This document shows positions 8,604-17,793 of a stretch of 64,000 nucleotides of DNA, one piece after another (position 1 is the stretch's first letter; each line of letters starts with the position of its first letter). A program made the position numbers and the translations under genes. The stretch lies in the IMG/VR virus record IMGVR_UViG_3300028186_000155, one strand, 5' to 3'. The notes beneath the pieces are model-generated. The model was not told the origin of the DNA. It was given only the letters and a program-made list of their open reading frames with translations, and searched no databases. The stretch is from a virus (lineage: Duplodnaviria > Caudoviricetes).

Positions 8604-8953
8604 TTGAATTCCTTGGCGGCCTGTGTGGAAAGGCCCTGTAATTTTGCGATGTACCAATACCCGTGCTCAGTGTCGCGCAGCTTTTCGTAGCGAATAACGT
8701 CCATCAGCAGGAAAACGTCTTCGTCGTATTGCGGCACAACTTGCAGCACGGTCGGCAGTTCAAGGTTTCGGGCCGTAGAAAAAATTTCCACAACCAACAT
8801 CAAATCCGCGTCACCGTCTTGCGATTTGCGATCACGGTGCGTCACGTATTCCGCCTGCATAAATCCACGCTTGTGACTCAGGCGGAACAGGCCGTGTTCG
8901 TTCTGGCGGTAATGTTCCAGTGCGGACCACAGGCGGGTTTGAGAATTAGCCAT
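8600..8953 (-). CDS. Hypothetical protein
   Basis: 117-aa ORF. Confidence 0.65.
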   Translation of the reverse strand: MANSQTRLWSALEHYRQNEHGLFRLSHKRGFMQAEYVTHRDRKSQDGDADLMLVVEIFSTARNLELPTVLQVVPQYDEDVFLLMDVIRYEKLRDTEHGYWYIAKLQGLSTQAAKEFK

Positions 8954-9548
8954 TGCACAGGCCTTGCAGCGCAGCGCGCCAGCCCAGCTTCTGCCGAACG
9001 TAATTGAACGAACGTCGGCGGTCGAATTCCTCGAAAATTTCTTCCAAGGGAATCGGGCGCATGTTGGTATGCTCCAATCCGCAATTGAAATAACGTGGAT
9101 CTTTCACCAAATCGCCGTGCAGGTGGCCATGCAGGTTGCGTTTGCCGCGCAGGTGCGCCGGGTGCATTGGCGCATGGGTCAACCACATGCCTTTGTAACT
9201 CAGCATGCTATGCACATTGTTTACAGTTTTTAACGACGCAATTTTCTCGATATGCGTGCGTTCGGTGCAGTGGTTGCCGAGGATCACGACCTTGCGACCG
9301 GGTAGCGAATCCAGCAGATCCCACGCTTCCGGGGTGAATGCCAAATCGCCCATCAAATAGATGGTATCGCGCTTGGTTTTAAAACCCATTTCCAACCAAC
9401 GATCAACCACGCACTGATCGTGCTCGGCGCTGTCCGCGAAGTTGGTGAACATTGCGGTTTGATCCAGCGCCCAGCCATCGGGTTTGTTGCGGTATTTGTG
9501 GATGTTGCGATGGCCCAAATGCAGATCAGCGCAAGCGTATGCTGCCAT
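8946..9548 (-). CDS. Calcineurin-like metallophosphoesterase
   Basis: DLHLGH, GD, GNH, TH-x-P and HGHLH motifs. Confidence 0.9.
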   Translation of the reverse strand: MAAYACADLHLGHRNIHKYRNKPDGWALDQTAMFTNFADSAEHDQCVVDRWLEMGFKTKRDTIYLMGDLAFTPEAWDLLDSLPGRKVVILGNHCTERTHIEKIASLKTVNNVHSMLSYKGMWLTHAPMHPAHLRGKRNLHGHLHGDLVKDPRYFNCGLEHTNMRPIPLEEIFEEFDRRRSFNYVRQKLGWRAALQGLCNG

Positions 9549-9892
9549 TATGCGATCCCTACCCAAAACGTGAGATACGAGTCGTATTTTTCGACTTCCC
9601 AATGCTCCAGCCCGGATTCGTTATCGTCCGGGTAAAACTCTGCACCCTGCTGCATTTCGATGCCTTGCCAGATGCAGGTCAGCACACCCTGATCCGCTTG
9701 GTGGCGGATGTGTGCCGAAGGTTCCGGGTTATTCAATCCCAGCACGATTTCGAAACGCTTGTTTTTGAAATCTTCGGTGGCACAAACCATGTGGCAGATT
9801 ACACCGTCCATCCCGATTTGAATTTGTGCGGGCAGCGCCATCATGCGGCCTGCTTCGTTGGCCAGCTGTGCGGATTGTTGACGGGTGATCAT
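9548..9892 (-). CDS. Hypothetical protein
   Basis: 114 aa, AGGA RBS. Confidence 0.65.
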   Translation of the reverse strand: MITRQQSAQLANEAGRMMALPAQIQIGMDGVICHMVCATEDFKNKRFEIVLGLNNPEPSAHIRHQADQGVLTCIWQGIEMQQGAEFYPDDNESGLEHWEVEKYDSYLTFWVGIA

Positions 9893-9901
9893 AAAAGTCC
9901 T

Positions 9902-10354
9902 TTACGCGACAAGCACGTCGGTGAAATAAGTTGGATCGTTCGCAGCTTTCTTCTGATCAGCACGGTCGATACCGGTGGTGATTGCATAGGCGCGAACGGC
10001 GCAGAACATTGACCATTTCTGCCAAGCTGGAACGTTGAGCACGCCCATAGCTTCGAGGAAAATCAGGTCGCCTTGCTTACGGGTGACATACACGTTTGTT
10101 CCATTCATGTTTACAGTTCTGTATGAACAGATGTAATCGTGAATGACGGCGGCTTTGCCGTACTTGCCGTTAGGTGGCAGCAGCCAACGAATCCACCACG
10201 GAACCGAGGCCAGATCGGTTCTGTAGCCAACCGGCACATTGACCATCACACCGGAACCCAGCGCACCGATCATGTAGGTAAACATTTGCCAAATGACGTA
10301 ATGAATCCCGTCATCTTCAAACTCGGCAACCAGTTTGGTGGTAAAGCTACTCAC
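9902..10354 (-). CDS. DUF1353-family protein
   Basis: VPVGYRTDLASVP...AAVIHDY...R..GD.IF.EAM..L.V motifs. Confidence 0.85.
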   Translation of the reverse strand: MSSFTTKLVAEFEDDGIHYVIWQMFTYMIGALGSGVMVNVPVGYRTDLASVPWWIRWLLPPNGKYGKAAVIHDYICSYRTVNMNGTNVYVTRKQGDLIFLEAMGVLNVPAWQKWSMFCAVRAYAITTGIDRADQKKAANDPTYFTDVLVA

Positions 10355-10759
10355 TTAGAAAAACTCCAGTTCAAATACCCATTCCACCCGGTCATCCGAG
10401 GAATAGGCAGTGCTAATCGACCGCCCAAAATTGAATTGGTCAAATCCTAATTTTGGTTCGCTAAAAGTTCGGTGGTGTGCAATGTCGTCGTACATGCCTT
10501 GCATCGCGTAATGCATCACGTGCACTGTCTTAACCCAAGGCAACGTCGCTTGCATGCGCAGGCGTACATGGTCACGACCTGTTGAGGTCAGGTCTTCCAC
10601 GTGCGTTACACGCAGGGTTTTTGCATCAAACGTAGTGCCACCAAACGACAGTTTGATCGTTTTACTTTTGAGTTTTTCAAACTCTTCGCGCAGATCAGAC
10701 AGGCTCATACGCTGCGTGCGGTCGAAGGCTTCCAGCTGCTGCTCGGTCGGTGCATTCAC
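10355..10759 (-). CDS. Hypothetical protein
   Basis: 134 aa. Confidence 0.65.
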   Translation of the reverse strand: MNAPTEQQLEAFDRTQRMSLSDLREEFEKLKSKTIKLSFGGTTFDAKTLRVTHVEDLTSTGRDHVRLRMQATLPWVKTVHVMHYAMQGMYDDIAHHRTFSEPKLGFDQFNFGRSISTAYSSDDRVEWVFELEFF

Positions 10760-11115
10760 AAGAAAATCCTCGCGTTAATCTGCCACGTGAAATCGCCCTG
10801 CTCGGTTTGTAGCAATTCGATTGTGTCTTGCAGATACCAGCTGCTTTTGGTTTGCGCCAGAACCACGACGCAGCAATACTTTTCGATCAGCAGGCTATCG
10901 ATTGCCTCTTCCTGCATGCGGATCAATTCGTCTTGCGTGCTACGCAGGCGCAAACCTGCTTGGAGAATGCCGGGGTTTGGGTTCTTACCGTCGTTAAACG
11001 GTTCACGGATCATTGTCGTTTCGAGAACGTCGGCGTTTACCGTGTAGTTGCCGATGGTGACGCGCACAGTGCCTTTGTGGTTGCGCACTGTTTCCAGTTG
11101 GGTTTGTAGTTCCAT
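10756..11115 (-). CDS. Hypothetical protein
   Basis: Start at MELQT. Confidence 0.65.
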   Translation of the reverse strand: MELQTQLETVRNHKGTVRVTIGNYTVNADVLETTMIREPFNDGKNPNPGILQAGLRLRSTQDELIRMQEEAIDSLLIEKYCCVVVLAQTKSSWYLQDTIELLQTEQGDFTWQINARIFL

Positions 11116-11117
11116 GT

Positions 11118-11825
11118 TTATTCTCTTTCGGACAATGCGAGCCAAATATTCATTTCGTTGGCCCAGTGCTCTTGGAAGACTTTGCGGATTTTACGTTGCT
11201 GCTGGCGCTGGTCTTGGTGCACACCTTCGAGGTGGCTAGGCATCATTTCGAAAACCACCTGTGATTCCATGCCGTGGAAATCGGGTTGGTTGCCTGTGTA
11301 TGTCAGACTGCTGATCACGAAAGGCATGCCGCAAATGTTGACGTAAACGACAGGCGTCTCATAATATTTCTTCATCAGATTTTGGAATTTATCGTGGACG
11401 TGACCCGGCGACAAATCGTAGAGGCCGCACGTTATCTTGAACGTCGAGGGGCCAGAACTGATCTTAACTTGCTGCCCGTACATTTCCATCATTTGCGGGG
11501 GCGACATTTCATATCCGGCTTGGGTTGGCAGGAACCGGAAGAATTCGCCGCCAACGTACACGCACAAAAGCTTGCGCTTGTGCGCCTTCGGATCACCAAA
11601 GGGACGTAGCAGCATGCGGCTGAAATCGGCTGTAAACTTTTGCAGTTTCTTGTGGTACTTGTAGGCCTTCAATCGATCCGCCAGCACCATAGGCTGCTCG
11701 GCCTTCAGGTAACGAGGCTTTCGCTTAGGCGGCATAAAGTCGGAAAAGTCCAGACTGTACGTGCAGTAATCGCCGTCGTCATCTTCGTATTCTAGGTCGT
11801 CTTCTGCGAAAAATTCTTCACACAT
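11118..11825 (-). CDS. Hypothetical protein
   Basis: Start at MCEEF; acidic N-terminus. Confidence 0.7.
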   Translation of the reverse strand: MCEEFFAEDDLEYEDDDGDYCTYSLDFSDFMPPKRKPRYLKAEQPMVLADRLKAYKYHKKLQKFTADFSRMLLRPFGDPKAHKRKLLCVYVGGEFFRFLPTQAGYEMSPPQMMEMYGQQVKISSGPSTFKITCGLYDLSPGHVHDKFQNLMKKYYETPVVYVNICGMPFVISSLTYTGNQPDFHGMESQVVFEMMPSHLEGVHQDQRQQQRKIRKVFQEHWANEMNIWLALSERE

Positions 11826-12285
11826 TTTCCGGTTCCTTGATAAAGGTAGGCGCAATCCAAAAATCGATATGCAGGCCGGGATCGAAAGGCACGTCCTGAT
11901 AGCCAGTCATCACGAACTTTTGACCCAACAAACTCAGGTGCAAATGCTTTTCGACTTCGTAGCTGTTATGCATGTGGCCACGTGTGATTTCCAGAGCGAA
12001 TTTCGCCAGTCTTTTCTGCATTTCAGCCGCCAGTGGGTAGGCCAAAACAGCGTGCGGGGTTTCGTGATCTTTGACGGTCAGCAGGCGCAGGTGAATTGGA
12101 TGGAACGAAACGCGATTTGCATAACTCGCACCATTACGCACCAATGGCGGTGGATTGAGTCCTGCTCGCAGTTCGTCGCGGTTCTGCACCACGGCCAGCA
12201 CCGGATGGCCATAGACGATCCAATGGAACTGGAAATATTCTTTTTGTGTGAGGTGACGATACACATTGGCAAACAGGTCAGCCAT
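11818..12285 (-). CDS. Hypothetical protein
   Basis: Start at MADLF (GGAG RBS), downstream of a terminator and an ACTGTAAAT motif. Confidence 0.65.
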   Translation of the reverse strand: MADLFANVYRHLTQKEYFQFHWIVYGHPVLAVVQNRDELRAGLNPPPLVRNGASYANRVSFHPIHLRLLTVKDHETPHAVLAYPLAAEMQKRLAKFALEITRGHMHNSYEVEKHLHLSLLGQKFVMTGYQDVPFDPGLHIDFWIAPTFIKEPENV

Positions 12286-12315
12286 GGGGCAGGCTCCGTG
12301 ATGGTCTACCCTGTA

Positions 12316-12323
12316 TTTACAGT
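12316..12323 (-). promoter_or_regulatory. Putative early/middle promoter element ACTGTAAA(T)
   Basis: Intergenic, directly after a terminator and about 30 nt before a start codon; recurs 10 times on the minus strand. Confidence 0.55.
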
Positions 12324-12335
12324 ATTGACCAAAAT

Positions 12336-12372
12336 GAAAAAGCCCCCGATCCGCCATGGAACCGAGGGCCTT
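12336..12372 (-). terminator. Rho-independent terminator
   Basis: GGCCCTCGGTTC...GGATCGGGGGCT followed by TTTT. Confidence 0.75.
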
Positions 12373-12375
12373 TGG

Positions 12376-13185
12376 TCAAGCGTAGAGCAAGGTCTTTGCC
12401 ACAAAGTTTTCGAATTGATGCAGCAGCACAAACTGGCTCCAATTCGTTGTGGTGTATACCGCGTTATGGGTCAGTACCGTGCCGTCATACAAAGCCACGG
12501 CAGGCGCATCGAGGTCAACAATGTTGAATGTCCAGCCGTTTTTGTACACACCAAAAATCGGTTGATCATCAAACACCGCGCTAACCACAGCGTACCCATT
12601 TCGAGCATCGTACCAGCAGCCCGTAACCACCAAACCGTCAAGGTCGGTCACGCCTTCAGAGGTCAATGCTGTGATTGGTCCCCGGAAAGTTTCCATGGTT
12701 TGTCCGCTGTGCAGAACTACCCGGAAATTGGTTGCTTGATCCGTGAGCCACACCCGGCCCGCACCTACCTCAATTTCTTGCCAATTAGGGCCAACCAAAA
12801 TTGATCCCTGATCGGTGCCGAATGCAGGTCCGTTCACATTGCGAGCGCAGACAAAATTGCCATCAAACTCATGAACCAGCGTCCAGTCTGAATCCAGTGC
12901 ATAGATCCCCACACCATCCACCGACGCGTAGAACGCACCGGCAGCAAAAACAATGTGAGAAAATACGAGATTTACATCGGTTGCGGTCCACTCGACTTTA
13001 TCGGTCGAGGTGTGAACCTGCTGCCCTATCGCGATGTACTGGCCTGCACCGAATGCAATGCCGTTGATAGAATCAGCAACCGACGCAGGTACGAAACCAT
13101 TAGACTGAACGAATAGACCGTTTCCATCTTGGGTCGTACCTGAACCACCGACAACAAGCGAACGTCGCGGAACAGGTTTTACGAC
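12376..13185 (-). CDS. Beta-rich (propeller-like) domain, probably made as a -1 frameshift extension of 13179..14111
   Basis: The frame is open for 88 codons upstream of the first GTG (12921), with no ATG/GTG/TTG, back to the A_AAA_AAG site; repeats IAFGAGQYIAIG / IVFAAGAFYASV. Confidence 0.75.
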   Translation of the reverse strand, partial: VVKPVPRRSLVVGGSGTTQDGNGLFVQSNGFVPASVADSINGIAFGAGQYIAIGQQVHTSTDKVEWTATDVNLVFSHIVFAAGAFYASVDGVGIYALDSDWTLVHEFDGNFVCARNVNGPAFGTDQGSILVGPNWQEIEVGAGRVWLTDQATNFRVVLHSGQTMETFRGPITALTSEGVTDLDGLVVTGCWYDARNGYAVVSAVFDDQPIFGVYKNGWTFNIVDLDAPAVALYDGTVLTHNAVYTTTNWSQFVLLHQFENFVAKTLLYA

Positions 13186-14111
13186 TTTTTTACGACGTTT
13201 GCCAGAACCTCTACGCTCACTTCGTCACCGGCGCTAAGGCGCGGTTTGGCTACGAGTTTCAGGCCGTAAATGCCGAGCGGAACACCTTGCTTGGTGCGTT
13301 CGGTGGTGGCGGGCAGGGAATGCGAAATGAACGGGAATTCATAACGCTGAATCATCTGCGTGACGTTGTGCAGTTCGTTGGTGGCGCTATCGCTGATTAC
13401 ACGAATGCCGTTGTTGAACCACGCGTAGCTGTCACCTTTGCCGTCCAGCGATTTACCGAATACCAAATCCCATTTGATTTGATCGGTTTCACCCGAAGCG
13501 TCGGTGTCGAGATACAGCGAAATATCGTACATTTGCGTCACGTCGGTTACGCCGTCTTTCAGCGAGCCGACAGTTACCGCAAAATTCCACGATTCCGCTT
13601 GTGCTTCGTCCAGTTCGATATCGAACCCATTGGCGCCATCGCCGTAGTAGGTCGAATCGTTTACTTTGCGTACAGCCAAACCGAGTTCGATATTCGCGTT
13701 GGTGCCCAGCACGAAATCATCAGCCGGATTACCATGGCCGACCAGCATGTAATTTTTGCCGCCAGATTCGCGAACAAAACTGGTTTCGGCTTTCGGCTGT
13801 TCAGTCAGCGGACCATAGGTCACGGTGGCCAGTGCGCCGGTTGGTTCCCACGGGCCGAGACAGATCAACGTGTCATTCAAATAAAACGAAATGATCTTGT
13901 TGTCAGAACCGGCGATGATATTGGACATTACGATGGCGTCGGAGGTGCCATAGTGTGTGCAAACCGCAGTTCGGAACGCGCCCGACTTTACGATTTCGTC
14001 CATTTCGTCTTCGGTGACTTGAATGCGGCGAATTTGGTTAGGATCGCCACGTTCCTGCATGGCTTCCAAAATGTCAGCCACTACCCCGGTATATTTCTGG
14101 ATGTTCATCAA
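13179..14111 (-). CDS. Putative virion structural protein (310 aa)
   Basis: Beta-rich ORF preceded by a TAATTT motif; ends in the slippery sequence GTA AAA AAG TCG TAA. Confidence 0.75.
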   Translation of the reverse strand: MMNIQKYTGVVADILEAMQERGDPNQIRRIQVTEDEMDEIVKSGAFRTAVCTHYGTSDAIVMSNIIAGSDNKIISFYLNDTLICLGPWEPTGALATVTYGPLTEQPKAETSFVRESGGKNYMLVGHGNPADDFVLGTNANIELGLAVRKVNDSTYYGDGANGFDIELDEAQAESWNFAVTVGSLKDGVTDVTQMYDISLYLDTDASGETDQIKWDLVFGKSLDGKGDSYAWFNNGIRVISDSATNELHNVTQMIQRYEFPFISHSLPATTERTKQGVPLGIYGLKLVAKPRLSAGDEVSVEVLANVVKKS

Positions 14112-14168
14112 GAACCCCTTTACTGGTCAAAAACTCCGTATTGTTCAATACGAAACCCTACCATTAAA

Positions 14169-14474
14169 TTACCCTTTTAGTACGTGGCGAATGTCTTTGA
14201 ACTCTTTGTAGAATTGGCGGTATTTCATAGTGCCACTACGAATCCAATCCTCCATAAAAACTAGCGCGAAGATGGTAAGCAGCGACATGATCAACACCTG
14301 AAATTCCATACCCTGTTTTTGTAACAGTGACATTGCGGTTGCCGCACTCCAAACAAACAGGCAGCAAAGGACCACCAGCCCTACAAGGCACGCGGGCCAT
14401 AACACAACAGCCATCCAACAAAGGGCCAAACCAATCCGATCTTTCATCACATGTAATCCGAAATAATTGCGCAT
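14169..14474 (-). CDS. Small membrane protein
   Basis: Two long hydrophobic segments. Confidence 0.6.
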   Translation of the reverse strand: MRNYFGLHVMKDRIGLALCWMAVVLWPACLVGLVVLCCLFVWSAATAMSLLQKQGMEFQVLIMSLLTIFALVFMEDWIRSGTMKYRQFYKEFKDIRHVLKG

Positions 14475-14701
14475 TTAAAGAGCCGTCGCGCCGACCAAAT
14501 GCAGAGGGCAATAGCCGACGCAAATAATACACCAATCAAGGTTGCAGGCACGATGAACGCGACAGCATATGTGGCGAAAAGTTCCGGGCCACGATCCGCG
14601 TACATTTTCACCAGATGAAACAAGCTCACGCAGAACACAGCCAATATCGTACCAATGCAGGTTGAAGACACGGCCAACACCGCTAGATAGATCGCAGGCA
14701 T
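14447..14701 (-). CDS. Small membrane protein
   Basis: Two hydrophobic segments. Confidence 0.6.
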   Translation of the reverse strand: MPAIYLAVLAVSSTCIGTILAVFCVSLFHLVKMYADRGPELFATYAVAFIVPATLIGVLFASAIALCIWSARRLFKCAIISDYM

Positions 14702-14774
14702 CAGGATAATCCTTTATAGTTTTGATCATTTGATACGAAAAACGGGATTCACCGCTAGGCAAATCCCGTTCGTT

Positions 14775-15098
14775 TTAACCGATGCGCGAAACTCGGTTAT
14801 AGTTTAGGCGGCGAATGGTCTTCCACCAGCGCGGGAAAGTCTCGATTACGAAGTGCGTGCATACCACGATCATTACGACGTGCGCCACCCGCTCGAAAGT
14901 CGTCCACTCAAAATGCGAAATCGACAGGCTGTATTGAACACCGTCGATGGTGCCGCTGTAAATCAATTCCGCCTGATCTTTGATAACGCGTTGCCACGTG
15001 TAATAAATCATCAGCGCGTACATCAGCGGCGGGTTCCACAGTTTGCTGATAACACGCACCCAACCAACGATCATTTCTTTCATCAGGTTAACTCGCAA
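14775..15098 (-). CDS. Small membrane-associated protein
   Basis: Hydrophobic segments and a basic C-terminus. Confidence 0.55.
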   Translation of the reverse strand: MRVNLMKEMIVGWVRVISKLWNPPLMYALMIYYTWQRVIKDQAELIYSGTIDGVQYSLSISHFEWTTFERVAHVVMIVVCTHFVIETFPRWWKTIRRLNYNRVSRIG

Positions 15099-15256
15099 AG
15101 AATTTGTACGAAACGTTTATGGGCCTGTTCCATAGTCGAACCATAGCCCACGTAATAGCCTTTAAAGCGATAGGCTTTGAAACCGCCGCCTACAACTGGG
15201 CGGATGCGGTATTTGTGCTGCTTAGCTTTCGAAGCGTGGTTATCTTGAGGCGCCAT
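15083..15256 (-). CDS. Small basic hypothetical protein
   Basis: Start at MAPQD with GGGAG RBS. Confidence 0.5.
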   Translation of the reverse strand: MAPQDNHASKAKQHKYRIRPVVGGGFKAYRFKGYYVGYGSTMEQAHKRFVQILCELT

Positions 15257-15599
15257 CGTGTTCTCCCGGCAATGGCCACTTAGCGCTATACCGTTTCGGC
15301 CTTGCGTTGCGTTCACGGAAATAAACACGAATTGAATTGCGCGTTTCCTCAACAGGCGGGCGCTTCGATTTGCCGGGCCACTTCGGGCGTGGTGGCCGGT
15401 ACGTCTGCACCACACGCTCCACGGTCAAGTTTTTGAAAGTTGCCCGCACCCGCGCATCGAGTTCTTGCACCGCCTGTTCGCTGTACTCAACCGGGCCGAA
15501 ATCCAACAGGTTGAAAATGTGGTTATCCAACATGTTTTCGTAATCGGAACAGAGGCCGTAATGCGGCAGAATGAACGTGGTTCCGTTCTGCAACGGCAT
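15240..15599 (-). CDS. Hypothetical protein
   Basis: ORF in the array; start uncertain. Confidence 0.55.
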   Translation of the reverse strand: MPLQNGTTFILPHYGLCSDYENMLDNHIFNLLDFGPVEYSEQAVQELDARVRATFKNLTVERVVQTYRPPRPKWPGKSKRPPVEETRNSIRVYFRERNARPKRYSAKWPLPGEHDGASR

Positions 15600-15603
15600 G
15601 CAA

Positions 15604-15963
15604 TCACGCAGGGGTGCCGGGTAGTTCTTTTCCAGTGGAAGAGCCATCAGAAACTTCCTCAAAATCGCTGATCATGCCAATGGGGACAATCAGATTGCCG
15701 CCATTCGGGTGACTGAAAAGAATGTCGAGTTTGGTGGATTCTTTCACAACCAAAATGTCTTCGGTCGTGACGTTTGCCCACCACTCGTTTTCCAGAACAC
15801 GATACTTGGCGCCGATTGGATATTTCGGGTTTTCTTGTGGCTCTGTTGGCCGGACTGGGGCAGCCATTGCGCTGCTGGGACTGGCAGTGTCCGTTCCGAA
15901 GAGTTCACCGAAAAATTCCGCAACGCCCTCAAACAATTGGTCAAGGTCGATATCGTCGCTCAT
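15604..15963 (-). CDS. Hypothetical protein
   Basis: 119 aa, GAGG RBS. Confidence 0.65.
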   Translation of the reverse strand: MSDDIDLDQLFEGVAEFFGELFGTDTASPSSAMAAPVRPTEPQENPKYPIGAKYRVLENEWWANVTTEDILVVKESTKLDILFSHPNGGNLIVPIGMISDFEEVSDGSSTGKELPGTPA

Positions 15964-15969
15964 GGGGCC

Positions 15970-16713
15970 TCACAGCATTTTCGGTGCGGTCGGAACAGCC
16001 GATTGGTTTTGATATTTCCCTTTGCGATCCGCATAGGAAATGTCGCAATCGTCGTCACCGCTAAAGAACAGAATTTGTGCGCAACCTTCGCCAGCATAAA
16101 TCATGGCGGGGAGCGGCGTGGTGTTGGAGAATTCGAGGGTCAAACTGCCCTCCCACTCGGGTTCCAACGGCGTGACGTTTACGATAATGCCGCAGCGGGC
16201 ATACGTCGATTTGCCGAGGCACACCACCAGCGTATCGCGGTCGATTTTGAAGTTTTCCGGCGTGTTGGCCAGTGCAAAGCTGTTCGGCGGAATGATCACC
16301 GCTTGGCCGTCACGAACCTTTTTGGTAACGAAGTTGTCTTCGGTGAAATTCTTCGGATCGACAACCGTGGTATTCAGGTTGGTGAAAATCTTGAACTCGT
16401 TACCGACACGAATGTCATAGCCGTAGCTGCTCAGGCCATACGGAATGATCTTGTGAGTCGAACGCTCGCCGTCTTCGTCGCCCAGTGCTTTGTACTGCAC
16501 TTCAGTAACTTGTTTGGGCGAGAACGGGAAAATCATCGGTACTTGATCGATCATTTTCTCATTGAGAATACGCGCGCCACACGGCGGCAATTCACGTGCT
16601 TTGCGGGCCTTGTGCGTGTTGGCCCATGCGTAGAATTCGCCGTTGATAAACAGCGCTTTCCGCGTCGGTTGGCACATGCTTTCAATCCAGCGATCCGACA
16701 TAATACCCGGCAT
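15970..16713 (-). CDS. dcd: dCTP deaminase
   Basis: [55 protein letters not shown]. Confidence 0.95.
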   Translation of the reverse strand: MPGIMSDRWIESMCQPTRKALFINGEFYAWANTHKARKARELPPCGARILNEKMIDQVPMIFPFSPKQVTEVQYKALGDEDGERSTHKIIPYGLSSYGYDIRVGNEFKIFTNLNTTVVDPKNFTEDNFVTKKVRDGQAVIIPPNSFALANTPENFKIDRDTLVVCLGKSTYARCGIIVNVTPLEPEWEGSLTLEFSNTTPLPAMIYAGEGCAQILFFSGDDDCDISYADRKGKYQNQSAVPTAPKML

Positions 16714-17012
16714 TAGTGTTCCCCCTTTTGAATTTCAGAAATCTTGCTCAAGAAATGCCCAACCACGTCGTCCAGCGTCAGACTTTTGCGCTGGTCCGGG
16801 TCGCGGTTATTTAATTCACGGCGAATAGACGACAGCAGATCATTCAGCACTTTTGCTGTGCTGTGCGCTTGGATCATATCTTGGCGCTCACTGGCCATTT
16901 CCAGCAGGTAGCGCACGCGCTCTTTGTGCACGTGTGGGCCGGGCGTAACCCCGGTCAATTGAATGGTTTCCACCATGTTTAGCTGGGCGATCACTTCGTC
17001 AATCACGTTCAT
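16713..17012 (-). CDS. Hypothetical protein
   Basis: Start at MNVID, ATGA overlap. Confidence 0.6.
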   Translation of the reverse strand: MNVIDEVIAQLNMVETIQLTGVTPGPHVHKERVRYLLEMASERQDMIQAHSTAKVLNDLLSSIRRELNNRDPDQRKSLTLDDVVGHFLSKISEIQKGEH

Positions 17013-17224
17013 TCCGGCTGCTCCGTTTTGGGCAGCAAGCATTTGATGTGCACGCGACCGCAGACGTAATGCCAGTCAATCAAAACGCCATGTTTCACCA
17101 GCACCTGATTCAGGCTTTGGCAAATGTGCTCGGCGGTGTGCTTCGGCACGTCCACCAAACAAACGCTTTCGCCCCGGTCGTAAACTTCCTGATTGCATGG
17201 TGGAATTTCTTGTTGATCAGTCAT
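17009..17224 (-). CDS. Hypothetical protein
   Basis: 71 aa. Confidence 0.6.
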   Translation of the reverse strand: MTDQQEIPPCNQEVYDRGESVCLVDVPKHTAEHICQSLNQVLVKHGVLIDWHYVCGRVHIKCLLPKTEQPE

Positions 17225-17227
17225 AAA

Positions 17228-17611
17228 TCACCCGAACGAAAACGAAGTTGCGTAGTGGCCCACATAATGTGGAATCTTCGTGTAGCCGTCCGGCAACAGG
17301 TCGATATGGCGTTGCGACAAACGCACCACCGTATATTCGAAGTCTTCCCGGTCGATCAATTTCCGTTCCAGCTTTTCGCTGTAGTCGCCAAGGATATTGC
17401 GGTCCTTGTCAACGAACACGCTACGCACCACCACCTGATCCTGCATAGCCTGCTGGGCAGTTACGCGGTTGCGCAAAAGATCGTCGCGAATTCCACAAAT
17501 GAGGTCTTCGACTTCGTGCACCGTGAAGGATTTGCGGCCTTCGGTAAATGCGATGTTCCACGCTTTGGTTAGCGCTGCATTCAGGTTGGTGTTCGGGATG
17601 TAATGACTCAT
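17228..17611 (-). CDS. Hypothetical protein
   Basis: Start at MSHYI. Confidence 0.65.
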   Translation of the reverse strand: MSHYIPNTNLNAALTKAWNIAFTEGRKSFTVHEVEDLICGIRDDLLRNRVTAQQAMQDQVVVRSVFVDKDRNILGDYSEKLERKLIDREDFEYTVVRLSQRHIDLLPDGYTKIPHYVGHYATSFSFG

Positions 17612-17793
17612 TGAATTTCCCTTTGGTGTAACACGGTTAAACCGTGCAGTGAATTTACCTCTATAGCGCCAGCCAGTTGCAGGCATGTGACGCTATCGGC
17701 GTGTTCAATCGTTATGAAGGCTATCCCTAGTCTGTTTACAGTTTCTTCGACTTCGGCTGGCCGCTCATGATTGTCGATGTATATTTCAATCAT
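17608..17793 (-). CDS. Small hypothetical protein
   Basis: Coupled at both ends (TAATG / ATGA). Confidence 0.45.
   Translation of the reverse strand: MIEIYIDNHERPAEVEETVNRLGIAFITIEHADSVTCLQLAGAIEVNSLHGLTVLHQREIQ

Noticed and set aside
14475-14762. Alternative minus-strand ORFs overlapping the membrane-protein cluster
   Set aside because: They lack an RBS, and the hydrophobic frames fit the gene packing better.
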